Shown: piece by piece, positions 12,636 through 64,000 of the stretch
Layout of the letters: each line of letters starts with the position of its first letter
How positions within the stretch are numbered: position 1 is the first letter of the stretch
From: the human T2T-CHM13v2.0 reference genome, Homo sapiens
Strand: one strand, 5' to 3'
Assembly (NCBI RefSeq): GCF_009914755.1
Contig: NC_060944.1
DNA length: 64,000 nucleotides
Position numbers and translations under genes: made by a program
The notes under the pieces: model-generated
What the model saw: the letters and a program-made list of their open reading frames with translations, nothing else
Databases searched by the model: none
What the model was told of the DNA's origin: nothing

Positions 12636-15600
12636 AACACCAACAACATAGCATCTAAGCACAGCTCTGGGCCCTTCTGGGCATGGAATCCTATGGGACT
12701 GCAGTCACATCCTTAGAGGCTCACCTTGCTCAAGGGATTGTGAAATAATTCTGAAATAAATTATCTGTAACGTTTAAAAGCCAAGTTATTCTAGTATAAA
12801 ATCCCAATTGAGAACCACCAGTGTAGTCCAACAATATCATTTAATAAATAAAAATTACTGAGCCCCGTGTCCAATGCTGGCTTCCCAGAATCTCCCTACA
12901 ACAACCTATTCATAGGACAAAGTTGAGCTTATAGATTACTACGGTATCACAGCACTACCTCAACAGTCTTAATTGTATCTCAGAGGGAGGAATAGCAAAA
13001 TTGGGAGATTTATTGATATTTGGAAGTTTCCTTTAAGTATTTCTTTGAGAGTGGCAGGAGGATTGGTTAGGCCTGGGTAAGGATCAGAGTACAATAGCGT
13101 AGGATCAGTGAACACTGTAAGGCAAAAAAACTTGAACAGTATCATTTGATGCCTTCTATTGAAAAGTCTGATTAGTCTTTTAGAAAGCTTCTGGAGAAAA
13201 CACAATATAGTTATTTGTAACTTTCATCTTTCTGATCAAGTGTTTTCTGGAATAATAAAATTATGTTGATGAAGACTGTGGAATAATCAAGTCAGATTAA
13301 TTTGGATACTAAGCCATAGATAGCTTGGATTCTGAACAGAAGGGTTAAATGATTTACATAGTATTATGCAAGTAGTGGGTAAGTCGAGGGAGACCTTAAG
13401 TGTTCTGACTCAAAGGTAGTGCTCACACCAGGCTGCTTCTACAGAACACAGGAATCTAAATCAAACCACTCACGTTATCATAATTTTCACAAAACACATT
13501 TCAAAAGACAGTATCTTCAACTGGCATTACACTTCCAAAAAAATTGTTAAGTAGCAATTTTCAGTTGGATTATTATAACAGAAAAGCTCAAAGTATTCAT
13601 TTTTCATCATTAAAGAGCTATTTTCCAGTCCAAAGGTAAATTATGAGAGTTTCTGAGGATTTTGAAATGGTGCCACACTTAGGTAATAACAAATCTGTAA
13701 ATCTCATGGTTAAGTTTATAGCAGAAAACACTGAGTTGGTTCAGGAAATCAGAATTCAGAAGGCTTCATAAATTATTATTTTATGGCGGTTACTGTAAAT
13801 TGAGACATATTCTAGTCTTTCAGCCTAAGTGCTTTCTTTCTTTTTATTTTTTTGTCAAATGATGCAGCAATGCATGTTTTAGAAATTTTTACAAGAACTC
13901 TCAATCTTTCTGTGTTCACTGAGTTATGTCGAGAATAGAAGTCGTTGTTGAATTTTAGCTAAACTAGAGAAGTTGTAGCTCTAAAGAATCAGCCCGCACT
14001 TGTGCAAACTTTCACAATAAGTCTTCTCGAATATCCCATTGGCTTTAGATTTTTTTCTTTTACAAAAAAGAAAACTAATTAAGAATGATCTCTGTGACTG
14101 GAAGGCTATTTCCTTGAGTACACAAGAATGAAATGAGACGAACTAATTCCTCTGGATAAATTTTTACATATAAAATTAAATTGCTTTCAGAATTAAATAC
14201 CTTGGCCATTCCATACTCTTGTTTTGTAACATTATGACAGTGACATGGAGAGAAAAAAAGTGGCAGAAGGACAATTCTTTTCTTATGCTGGAGCAGCAAG
14301 TGTGAGATTTTCTTTTTCTACACCCTCAAGGCTAACTCACTTCTGGGCATACAGGAAAAACTGAATGGAATTAATGTCACTAACTTGGAAACTCAGTATA
14401 ACATCTTTCACTCAAATGTGAACTTGCTATAAGTAAATGTTGGGGAAGGAAAGAAGAACAATTGTCTTATTTCTGGTTTTAGATCGAAGACCCAAAGATG
14501 GTGATGGTGAGGTAGTCAGCAAAAATATAGTCCACAGAGGTAACAAATTATATCAGCTTTAATTTGTAAGTGTTTGATGATTTCCTCCTGGCCTCAGCAA
14601 GGAATAACATAGCTTTCTCCTGTTTCTTCCTTCGTCCGCTCCACCTACCCTTTGACCCTATTATACAAACTCAGGGCAGTCAGGTAAAGAGGAAAGAGAA
14701 AAATAGAAATATTTGTAGTGGAAAAGGTTGAGACTTACAAAAGGAGAAAAATTGGGCTTGAAAGAGAAGGAGAAGGAAAAAAGCAAGAGCTTATGCAAAA
14801 AGCATGGAAGGGAAAGTTTGTGAGGGAAGAAAATGGAGAATAGGAAAGAAGGTAGAAGTCGAAGAATAGCCCCAGGGACCCATGTATGAGAGAGTAGAAT
14901 AATAAAAGAAATGCATGGAGCTTTTAAGAAATGTTAGTCTAGATAATAAATTAGACTCTCATTATTTTTCCAGAGATAAAATAATTTATGTTTCTGGCTC
15001 CTGGGCTGAGTTTCATGGGCTAGAAATACTGGGCCATGAAGAATCATGGAATTTAGATGGGTTACATTCTAGACATGAATCCACAGGTCTTTGAGTGTAT
15101 GTTGTGATACCCAATTGCACCTTGATTTAAATTATTACCTGAGTCAATAGTGTATACTTGGCATGAAAACCAGACTCTTGGAACAACAGAATAAATAAAT
15201 GAGAAATTAAGAGTGAGTTCTTATAACTCCAGAAAGCCCAAGCAATGTGGTTGAGGCTTTGATAAAATAAAAACTGTAATTTGGTAGGGAGGAGGACAGA
15301 CGCATGGTTCCAATTTGAATATCAGACTTATGAAACAAACATAATGCAGTAAAATTGAGATTATCTTTAAAAGAAAAATATCCCTTGTGAAACTGCAAAC
15401 TTGACATTAAGTTTAAGACAGCTTCAGTGGCCCTCTCATTTCTCAAGAACATACATTGCATCCCTAACAGAGGCAGACAGCCAGTGTCAATCCTGCTTGG
15501 AGCAGTCAAATCCGCTGCCTGCCCTACTGTGCTGAGCACATTCATTCCAAAGGCATCTGGCTGCTGCCATGGAAGTCAACTTCAACCAGGCTTTGGAACT

Positions 15601-18600
15601 GTTGCAGCAGGCTAATAGCTCCCAGAAACTTGAGAAATTTGTGGAAAATAACAGGCCAAGGAAGGGCCAAATCAAAAAACCTTGAGTTGTGATTTGAGCA
15701 TTGCACTAAAATGTTATAAGATGTATGGACACAAAAATAAGAAATGCAGCACCTACTATCCTACACCAGGGGCAATTTATAAAGTTAAAGCTAGAAAAGC
15801 TGCCATTCATGTTATAGATGTTTCTGAGAGGATGTAGCCATAAGAAGTAAGTGGCTAAAAGAATTCCTAAGGTGGAATGTCTGCCAGGAGTGATGGAAGG
15901 AGGCTTGGCAAATGTCCTGGTTGGAGCAGATGGGTGAGCAAGCCATGATTTTCTGGGTTTTAATCCTGAAGCAAGAGTCATATGACCTCTCATTATTGGT
16001 GAAGATGACCTAACCTGAGGAGGACAATGAATGAAATGTAACGCCTCCAAGACCATCTAATGGGGCTCACACTGGAGGCTTTGAGCAGATTTAGGGAGCT
16101 AGAAGTCATAGTAAAGACACTCCATCTTCGTTAGTCTTTTTATAAGGGTGAACATAAGCAGGATCCAAATCCCAAGCATGGGCCCACAGAGAGCTCTTCT
16201 TGGAGACTGGGCACCAATTTGCCTCCAGGGCAAGCAGGTTTCCTGCAATGAGAGATTTTAAGAACTCAACATGGATGAGTCCACATGAGGGTCACCCCTG
16301 TCTGCCTAGCCAAACTGGGAGGACTGGACATGATTGGTGTTTACTTCTATCGTGGAGAAGAGGAGCATCTAGTGATAGTTTCCACCCTGAGGGTATTTAA
16401 TACTAAATCATCTTTCCTTACCCGAGGAATGGGGACTGGAGGAGAGGACTAGAAAGTCTCCAAATGGGGAAGGGGGAGGGAGAGTGTCATTAAATCCTAA
16501 ATGTAATATGTTGGCCATCAGGGAGTTCTCCCATTCTCTGCCTACAATGTTTGCAGAGAGGACAATGATGAATTTTGGTGGAGGAAGCTAAGCTTGAACT
16601 TCTTTGCGAAGTGCCTGACAGGAATTTTGATCTACCCAGTATACATTAGAGAAGTTGGGGGGCAGCAGATGTAAAGTGTAATAGACACATAGGCTCAGCT
16701 CTTTTTGACACATGGATATTCATGGCCTCCCACCCACCTCCTCCCCAGTCAAGGAAAATTCTGGCAATGCCATTTTGGTATTTACTACTTTCCTGGAGCT
16801 CCATGGCTTTATTATGCAGTGAGAAGAATCTTATAAGCAGAGATGGGATATCTGTTAGAAGGGAACTGTGGAGAAAGGAGCTTTCTCTCAGGAGTAAAGA
16901 CGGAGGAGTAGTAGGTAAGAGGAGAGTGGTTAGGAAAAGAGAACAATTAGTGTTTGCACTTTGGAAACACCCTAGAGAAATTTCAGGCATAAAAACAAAA
17001 AGAGGGGAAGTGGAGCAGGAGGATAGCTTTGGGGACTAAAAGAGGCAAAGAATGAAAGAAAAATAAGGAGTCAATTTTCACTTTTGATAGCTAGATTACA
17101 GTCCTTTGAATGCGATAGTCCACAATGATAAAGCTTTATGAACCTCAGGATTTACTAAAACTATGGCTTTCTATCTCATAGCAAAAAAAGGTAGAAAACC
17201 CACCATCCAACCTAGGAACTCAACCTCTACCAGTTAACTTCCCCCAGCATTTACACTTACTTCCAGGATTACATCATTCTGATTTCAGAAGTTGGATAGA
17301 CCAAGGCTGAGTTTCAGTGTCTGTGGGGTCTGCTGACTTATGGTTCATCCTTATTCCTAATGTGAGTCCTTCACAGGCCCTCCCATCCTTAGCCAATCCC
17401 TGTCCCCTCAGAAGACAAAGCCCTCATAACCATCACTCAGCCTCTCAACACACCCCTTACCCCTACTCCAGGAACAGTAAATGCCCTCAGGAGAAAAACA
17501 GCCCCAAACAACAGGATCACATTCCTGACCTTACAATTTCTCCTAGATCTTGGCCTGATATCCTTCATCATCTTGTATACTTTGATGCCTTCAAGTGTGT
17601 AGCTATACATATATTTTAAATTCAGCTTTCCTAGTTGTCTTCATTGGGAGAGGTGGTTAAAATCGTCTAGACCTTCATTAGTGGATGTGGAAGTCTTTTA
17701 TTATCCCCATTGCAAATATGAGGCACAGAGAAGTTGGGTAACTTACTCAAGTTCACACCGCTGGCAAGTGGCAGATCCCAGAGTCTTCCTGGGATCCAAC
17801 CCCAGGAAGACTCGTTCTAGTGTTTGTGTTCTCAAACATCTGCTCCTTGCTAGGGTAATATATGTTGCTTTCTGATGATACAAGAACAAATCTTGGAAAA
17901 TCCTGAGGAATATATTTCTAACATTTTGGCATTTCTCCCAAAGATTTAGTAAAATAGTCCAGGGAATGCCTCACAATCAAAATATTCAAAGGACCAGCTA
18001 AGAACTAGAAACTCTCTCTGTGTCTGTCAACAGTGGAAGGTATAAGCAACACATTGAATATTTATACAATGAAATACTACACACTAATAAAAAGAATTAA
18101 ACTACTGACACATGCAAGATGGATGAACCTAAAATACACTATTTTGAGGGAAAAAAAGTGCCTAATTCTTTTGTGTTATGTGTTACATGCTTATTTTTCC
18201 TTTAATTTAAAACTTCTATTTAACAGTTTTATCCAAAGGATTTAGGCAAGTCTCACCTTGCTATCTGATAAACAGTTTCCTTGTGTGATTTGTAACTTTG
18301 AATTACAAGTTTATTTTAAGTGAGACTTCATCTATGGGAATCTTTAAGCCAGACTGAGGGTGTTTTCAAGAGCAGCTCTGTGCTTGCTTCTGCTAGTATA
18401 TCCACCCCGCCGCCCCACCATGTACACATCCCGCCGACCCCATTAGCCTTTTTATGAGAATTGTTTTGGTTTAGGTCCTTTTGAGACTATGAAGCTACTG
18501 TAAATTCAAACTCCAGGTTGTGTAAGGTCAGACCATTGATTGTGATTTCTTAGGGAAGTCTATTATTTTTCAACACATAGACCAGGCCAAGACAGAAAAG

Positions 18601-18992
18601 GTTTCTTGAAGTGTCTATGTTCTAGTGAGATTTTTTTATTTCACCAAGGATGTAGCTGGGAATTTTATGTTTCAGTTCCAGCTTTCTAACTTGGCTATAG
18701 TCAAGGCTTTTGCATCCTATACCTACACGGACAATAAAACATACTCTCTCTGGTTACCTAAGGGAGCAGCTGCTCTCTCCACCACCACTGGTGGCAGTTC
18801 CAATATCCGGTCATATTTATTGACCTCTTGGTTTTTGGCTTTGTGAATTTTTCTTACTCTCTTTTGAGCTCAGTTCTATCTTTAAAAAGATACTGGTTAT
18901 ATTTTAGCCAGCATTTCTAGTTTTTGTAGTGGGATGGTTTTCAAATAATGTATTTCACAATATCACTTTTCAAGTAAGTTTGGAAATGCTAG

Positions 18993-19247
<255 letters not shown>

Positions 19248-19996
19248 TAGTAAGAAACTGTGCCTCCATCCCTCCCTCAAAAAAAAGAAAATGAGGGCAA
19301 GAATCTACCATGACATTCTCTTTGAGATACATGCTATCTTCTGTTTCCATACATGCTGCTTACAGTTTGGTTGTGTGTGCCTAAGGGGTCCCACACCACC
19401 TCAGCCTCCACAGCCCCTAATTAGCCCTCCTGGTCACACATACCATCTACACCCTCAACCTAGGTCAGGTTCCTTTTTATAAACTCATATAGCATTTGTT
19501 AACTTTTTCACTTGTAACTCTTTTCCTGCTAATATTCACCTTCCCAAGTAAAATACAAACTCCATGAAATGACAATTCTCAGTTTGAAAACTCTGGTACC
19601 TTGAAGAGCCACAGTGGTCAAGTCCAGCAGGAAGACCTCCAGCACTGGGGCCATATGTACTCTGCCCTCTCCTGCCATATGTGCATTCATACTATGTCCC
19701 AGGAGCTTACTCTATAGAAGGTCCTAGGCTCACAAAGGTGGGCAAGAAAAAGTCACTGTGGCAAGAGATTGCTAGCTCTCAAGTTCCCTTTGTTCTTAAG
19801 CACACAGCAAGATTACACATCCTAGTCTTCCTTTAAGTTAGGTATGACCCTGTGACTAAGTCCTCTCACAGGAAATGTGAACATAAATGATGCACGTGTG
19901 GCAGCCTCGCTTTAAAATCTCTCAGCAATGTTCCTCCATCTCTTACTCCTCTGACTGACTGGGATGGAAATGATCACAGCCACCTTAGCAGCCACG

Positions 19997-20298
19997 TTTT
20001 TTTGGTTGTTTGTTTTGAGATGGAGTCTCGCACTGTTGCCAAGGCTGGAGTGCAAAGGCATGATCTCGGCTCACTGTAATCTCTGCCTCCCGAGTTCAAT
20101 TAATTCTCCTGCCTCAGCCTCCTGAGTAGCTGGGATTATACGCACCTGCCATTACGCCTGGCTTATTTTTGTATTTTTAGTAGAGACAGGGTTTCGCCAT
20201 GTTACTAAGGCTGGTCTCAAACTCTTGATCTCAGGTGATCCACCTCCCTCGGCCTCCCAAAGTGCTGGGATTACAGGCGTGAGCCACCATGCCCGGCC
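19997..20298 (-). mobile_element. AluS inserted within an old MaLR-like LTR (about 19755-20475)
   Basis: Full antisense Alu with AGCAGCCAC on both flanks. Confidence 0.92.
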
Positions 20299-23242
20299 CA
20301 GCAGCCACATGTTAAACAGCAAAGCCTCCCTTGACCTTGAGGCCCAGAAAAACCTGCATGGGACAGAGCCTGCCTGGGATGCCTGGCCTGGGCTATGTGA
20401 ATCAGTAATACAATTCTTGTTCTTAAAGCCCCCGAGATTTGCGGGTCTGTTAGCACAGGCTGGACTGTCGTAATACAGTTATCAATCTCAAGAAGCTCAC
20501 ATGTTCCAAGAAAGAATTTCTATTACTGTGAAATATGTTCCAAAGAGCATTCAAGACTAGAGCAAAGCAGGGGGTTAAATTTGTAATTCAGTGTTGTTGG
20601 CTTGAAAGCTGCATTTTGCTATAGGCAAGGATGAATAACCAAAGTCATCTAGGCAGACAGCACGACAGACATTTTTCTCTGTATAGGCAAATAAGCATTC
20701 TGAGCCAGTATCTCTGAGGGAGGGCCTTGGTGGTATGCAGGTTTAGTAACTGTCTTCTCACTACACACATCCCCCACCATCTTCCAAAAGACAAAAATCC
20801 AATCTCCATTGTTTCAGTCTCTGAGGGTGTTTCAAGGACCCACCTTACCACCTTGATGCTTTTCCACTATAGTGGTGGGGAGAGTTAGGTGTAGAAGGGA
20901 GTTTTCTGAAAGCCCCAAAGACAAGACCAATCCACAGTGTCTTGGGGGATTAGTAGCATCCCTTGCCATCTGGCTACCCCAAGACCTCAGGACAGAGGGA
21001 GACCCCAGAGGTTTCTGATGGCAACACACTGGCTGGAAGAGCCTTGGATCTTTGGACCCTGCCTTGGTTTTGTGCACTTTCCAGAGCAACTAAAGGGCAC
21101 ATGGTCTGAGTTTCACCGAGTCAGGAAGGGAGAAAGAGAGAGAATGAATGAACAGACTAGATGGAGGATGGACACGAAGGAAAATTTTTTTTAACAAATT
21201 AATATTTTTTGCTGCCTAGGCAAATGGCTTTTGTGAAAACACTTGTATGAAAAGCAATACACCATTTGTTTTTACTTACCAATCACTATCATTAGGTTTT
21301 GATGCAAATGGGAATTTACAATAAAATGAAACAAATAGGATCAGGGATTATATACAATACTGTGATCAAGTGATTTGTGATTCAGGCAATGTACTACTTG
21401 AAACACATATCTGGATTTCTCATTCCAATTGCTGCAGATGCTATTTGAGGAAGCAAAGAATACAGAAAGAAAAATAATTAGGTTCATTAGGCTAAGACTA
21501 ATACCAGTAATATAAACAACAAATTTATAACATATTGCATTGCAAATAAGCAATGTTTTTAGTATAAAAATTGCATTTCCACAAAGAAGCTAATAACAAA
21601 TACGATTAAACCACTTCAGAAACACGTCAAAGTTGTACGAGTCACACATATACAGTGTCACAGTCTACATAAAGCTTTACTGAGAATAAGCCATCTGAAG
21701 GGCATGTCCCGGGCTGAAGCGATCAAAGGGCTTTTCAACTGAAGTTCTTACTTCCAGAAAGCTGTTCAAAAAGCTGCCCCATCAGGTTCAGCAGGCTTGA
21801 TGACTCCAAATTTGGCTTTTTAAGACAAGCTAAAATCTCCTCCAGAGAATCAAAATGTAGGACTGAGGTAAAGAGATATTAAACAAGAAGGAACTTTTCT
21901 GTTGGCATAAGAGATTTGAATGAATTCTTTCGAAAATGTTGGTACATTTGACAGGATGGGTCAACCACATATTCATAATACTGACAGAAATAACACTGTA
22001 ACACCAAGATGAGGGACACAGATAACCTATTGATACGAGCAACAGAACCAGCCTCCCTCTTCTTTCTCTCACTTCATACTAAAGATTTTATGCTGAAATC
22101 TCAGGTTTGCCGTAACTTTTCCACCTTTTTTTAAAATTTATTTTTCTCTGGACTTCTAATGTTTCCATCCTATGAAACAACATACCAGCTCCACTACTGA
22201 TGCATTTGGTAATAAAAAGTCACATGGTAAGTATTTGCCTTAAAAATGACTTTTATCGTCTACCCCAAAGGTGTTTTTACAGGATGCAGGTTCTGTAGAC
22301 TGACATATTCCCAAATCATATTAGAACATCACAGCTGTCAACAAGGAATTTTGGCCATAAAAAGTCAAATTTTGTTTTTTTTCCACTATCAAAAGCCAAC
22401 TCAGCTGAAGCTTATCTATTTTCTACTACAGTAGTTATTTTGAATGTATAGAGCTAAAGAGGCCTGTGGCTAACAGACAGGGATTCCATGCACAAGAGCT
22501 TTTAAGTATGTGCCCATGCAGTGCAAGGCCCTGTGAACCCAACAGGCCCTGTCCCTCATCCCATCCAATGACTATACTTCAAAGGGAAAGAAAGATGTGG
22601 ATTGCCTGTATGTTGCTTCAATATGAGATCTCTGAGCAAGCTGGGTTGGTTTAGCAGATCTAGCAAGAGACAAATAATAAGAGAAACCAACATAAAGGTA
22701 ATCAGAAGTTTCAAACTTTCCTTCTAATTGATGAAAAGATACCCTGCTCCAACTCCCCAAACATAAAGCACTGCACATTCCCATTCCAAAACCAGTTACC
22801 TGCATTGCATTCACCTAATTTTAATTTACATAAAATACCATTCTGTGACTAAATAACTGATACTGCAATAGAGGGAAGCATGATTTTAATTTTTTTTTTT
22901 TTTAGATTTTAAAAATCAAAATCATGTTTCCATGCACTTGAGTTCCGGATCAAATATATTATCTACAGAAAAAATCCACAAACTCTTATCGAAATGTTCA
23001 TATAAAGTTTAAATTATTTCAGGTTGGCTTTTCTCCTTTAGTTTTATATTCATTAAGTATTGAAAACAAACCTAAAATCTTCAAGTGGAAAGATATTAAA
23101 TTAAATTTTGTTGGAAAAAAACCCATCTTTGCCATGATGTTAAAAAAGGGAAAATCAGGAAAAATGGTTCCCACAGATATTTAAAGTTTTAATGGGTCCT
23201 CTTCTCCAAGATGTTTTTCTCCTCACCCTTCAATTTTTTTTA

Positions 23243-23566
<324 letters not shown>

Positions 23567-23602
23567 AAAGAAAATACATTTTTCTTATTATATAATTAGA
23601 TA

Positions 23603-23951
23603 TAGGTCAAATATCCCTTATCCAAAATGTGTGGGACCAGAAGTGTTTCAAATGTTTTTGGATTTGGGGATTTTTGTATATATATAATGAGGTATCTTGG
23701 GAGTAGACCCAAGTCTAAACACAAAATTCATTTGTTTTATATACACCTTATACAACATAGCTTGAAGGTAATTTTATCCAATATTTTTAATAATCTTGGG
23801 CATGGAACAAAGTTTTGATTGCACTGTAACTGCCACCTGTCAAATGAGGTCAGGTGTAAAATTTTCCACTTCTGACGGAATGCTGGAACTCAAAGTTTAA
23901 GATTTTGGAGCATTTGGGGTTTTGGATTGTTGGAACGGAATGTTCAACCTG
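23603..23951. mobile_element. Tigger4b/MER46-like DNA transposon fossil
   Basis: Degenerate CAGGTTGAGTATCCC terminal inverted repeats, TA at both ends (23601-02, 23952-53). Confidence 0.8.
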
Positions 23952-24823
23952 TACTATTTGGGGTCCGGTTGGAAATTGGCTTTACATTTTTAAAAGCCAG
24001 TGTAGACTGTATTTCTGCCTTACCTTCTCTCTAGTCAAATACTCCACTAAAAAAATGAATATTTCAGTTTGAGAGGGAGGAATTATATAGAAAAGCCAAA
24101 CTATGAAACCATTCTTATTCCATAATACCTCTGAACCTGAGTTTACTGTTCTTTGAGAACTCTGTTTCAGCTGATTATAAGAGAAAGAAATCCAGTGACA
24201 CGAGGGCAGGCAGGCCCCGCTCTGCTCTGATCGAGAAAAGCTTCCTGATGTCAGGGAGATGGAACTGCCACCATCAGAACCATGGCACTTTGGGTGAAGG
24301 TGTGTCAGCGACCAAGGGGGCAGGAAATGGGCAGTGACTAAGGGGGCAGGAAACAGGCAGGCACATGGCAAGGTTCTCCCAGCCCATCAGCCCAGTGATG
24401 GCCTCGATTTTGAAGCTGCACTACTGTCTGAAAAGCACAATTACTGGTGACTCTTAACAAACTTCAGCATACTGGGGAAGGAGACTGTCAAGTAACTGAA
24501 TTGGAAAGATGAAAAAGAACCATCTCTAAAAGTTGATGCTGTCAGAAGAATAACCTCCTTTGTGCAAGTCTTGCAACATCTTCATTCAACCACAGGAGGG
24601 CAGAGAGTTTCAGAACCTCCCCCACCAGTGAGCTCCGTGCTCACAATTAATACAAGGAAAGGGTTATCTAAACAGCCAGATAGAAATATACTGCACGTTC
24701 CTTTTTAAAGACGACAGAAACTTTTAGAATTTCATAAACCTGTACTCATTATTCTGTCTGGATCTAAGGAGCATAGAATCAACTTTAGGCATCTTTCGTA
24801 TGCTTGGAATCGAATTTCATGAA

Positions 24824-24829
24824 TTTATT
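24824..24829 (-). terminator. Candidate proximal polyadenylation signal AATAAA
   Basis: tttatt on the + strand, about 1.24 kb past the stop codon. Usage cannot be shown from sequence. Confidence 0.4.
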
Positions 24830-26066
24830 CTAACACATAAATCAGGTAAGAGAGAAGTAGATGGATAGATTTTTTTTTTTTAAAGAAATTAGCCTCCCTG
24901 GGTACTTACAGTAGATTGAGTATTGAGAGATTTACAAAGATATAATTCTTTGGAAGATTACAGAAGATGGAAACAAAATCAAATCTTTCACTTTCAGGTA
25001 CTGGAGTTCATTAATTCTTTCACCAAAAGCACATCACTGAAGGAAAATCAGAAGTGGTTTTTTAGTTATTATTAAAGTAGTTCAAGACCCAGGGAACCCC
25101 TTGAGATGAAAACAAAACAGTATTCAACTTTTCTTCACAAGACTACCTTGTACTGGCAAGACTTAGAGGACTTCTGGCTTGAAAAATATTGCTTAGAAAA
25201 CTTAAAAAAAAATCAACAACAACTATATTTTGGACAAAACAATTTTTTTTTAATCTGTCTTGTAAAATCCTTACTTCCTTTTGAGTCTCTGATGGCCACA
25301 ACATTTCATTTGAGATGTTTGGCAGTCACAGCTTCAGGGGTTATGGTTACTGATTATCTAAACCCCTTAGGTCAGAATGAACAAACACAGTTCATGTAAA
25401 CCTGGCTGTTATTGGAGTCCTCTGACCAAGAGATAATAGTGAAGAGTGTGGAGAGCCTGAATGCCCATGGTGGAAATGCTGGAAAAATTAAAGGTAAGAA
25501 ATAAAACATAGCACAGGAGATTCAGAGGGCTGGGATGACTTCTGAGCTGCTCTCTATACCCAAGGCCCTTTCAATTTCTAGCTGTGAAAGATTTTTCATG
25601 CACTGTGGTGCCTGATGTTTCCTGCAATTTGACAAAAATAAATACTTTACACAAGAAAAGGATGCAAGGCTTCTACGTTACACTTTGGGGATGCTCAGGA
25701 GCCAAGGCTCCTGCTTGGCTTTCATTTCACAGGGCCTGCAGCCTTGTCTCTGGAAGGTGCTGATTAGGACTGGGAATGGCCTCCTCTGGTCGAGACTCTC
25801 TGACCCCTAAGTAAATGAACTTGTTCCCATCCCAGTCTCCAAACAGATCCCAACACTACGTTTGTTTTTCTATATCCTGATTGTCACACCTGGAAGACTC
25901 TCCTTAGTATACATGAGGCTTACTGCCATGAGACCAAATGACTAGAGAGCATCTTTTAAGAGAAGCTTGCTCATTCAGGAAAAATTAAGGATTTGGTACA
26001 AACTGCAGGCCAAAGGGAAGCTGACATATTGTTTTGGTGTGTATTCTTGAAAACGCATCATTAAAT

Positions 26067-63413
<37,347 letters not shown>

Positions 63414-63652
63414 GTTGGGCGCCGAGCGAGGCTTCTCGGCGGGGAGTGTGGGGAAGGGCAGCGGCCGGCCCGCAGCCTCGCTCGCCCGCCGGGTTTTTCA
63501 AGGAAGCGGGAGACGCAAGGGCCACCCCGCCTACGCCTGGCGGCGCAGACTGGCGGTGCTCGCAATGCCGCGGAGGACGCCACCTCTTATCGCCGCTTGC
63601 CCGTCGAGGCCACGCCCCCTCCCGCCTCCACTTGCCGTTGCCCGGGGTGTCG

Positions 63653-63666
63653 GTTACCTCAGCAAC
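63653..63666. promoter_or_regulatory. RFX X-box-like motif
   Basis: GTTACCTCAGCAAC versus consensus GTTRCCATGGYAAC, with the same 14-bp spacing, upstream of exon 1. Confidence 0.55.
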
Positions 63667-64000
63667 CACCGCCCTTTCTTCCTGACCGCCAAGCTGACAA
63701 TAAACAGATGACCCAACGTTGCCTAAGTTAGAACATGCACCGCTGCTGCCCAGGCTCCAATAAGGGCAGGGTTGGCGCGTGTGGGCTTCTCTAAAGGGAA
63801 ACATGGCCAGTAATTTTAAAATCCATCCCCTCTTCAATGATAGCAAATATAAAAGCAACGGGCTGCAAGGTACACGTATGTTTAATGAAAAATGGAGGGA
63901 CGTGGTGAGTATCTCCTGCTGAAGAGAGAGGAAAATTTAAGTACTCTGCATGTGTATATTGAAGCATCACTAATTTAGGATATTGATGAAACTAGCCTAT

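Noticed and set aside
15700-16650. Possible ancient LTR
   Set aside because: The composition is suggestive, but I could not fix termini, a TSD or a family.
63757-63775. Possible ER stress element (ERSE)
   Set aside because: CCAAT is followed after 9 nt by GTTGG, not CCACG.

Overview
Primate (very probably human) genomic DNA containing the complete minus-strand TMX4 (TXNDC13) gene. I traced 8 coding exons by hand from the ATG at 63413 to the TAG at 26067. All introns are GT-AG with consistent phases, and the exons total 1050 nt (349 aa): signal peptide, thioredoxin domain with CPSC active site, one TM helix and an acidic tail with an LRQR motif. The gene has a CpG-island promoter at about 62.9-63.7 kb and a long 3' UTR. 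The remaining ~21 kb is intergenic and repeat-rich. It begins with a 968-bp HERV-K(HML-2) LTR5-type solo LTR inserted in ORF1 of an older L1PA, followed by Alus, DNA-transposon fossils and MaLR/L2/MIR relics. I found no evidence of a new multi-gene system. The most interesting signals are an apparently G-to-A hypermutated ERV1 LTR nested in an MST LTR inside an L2, inverted Alus bracketing the frame-preserving TM-coding exon 6, a degenerate L1 ORF0, a possible ancient RT relic and several local duplications. Repeat subfamily names come from recalled consensus sequences and need Dfam/RepeatMasker confirmation.
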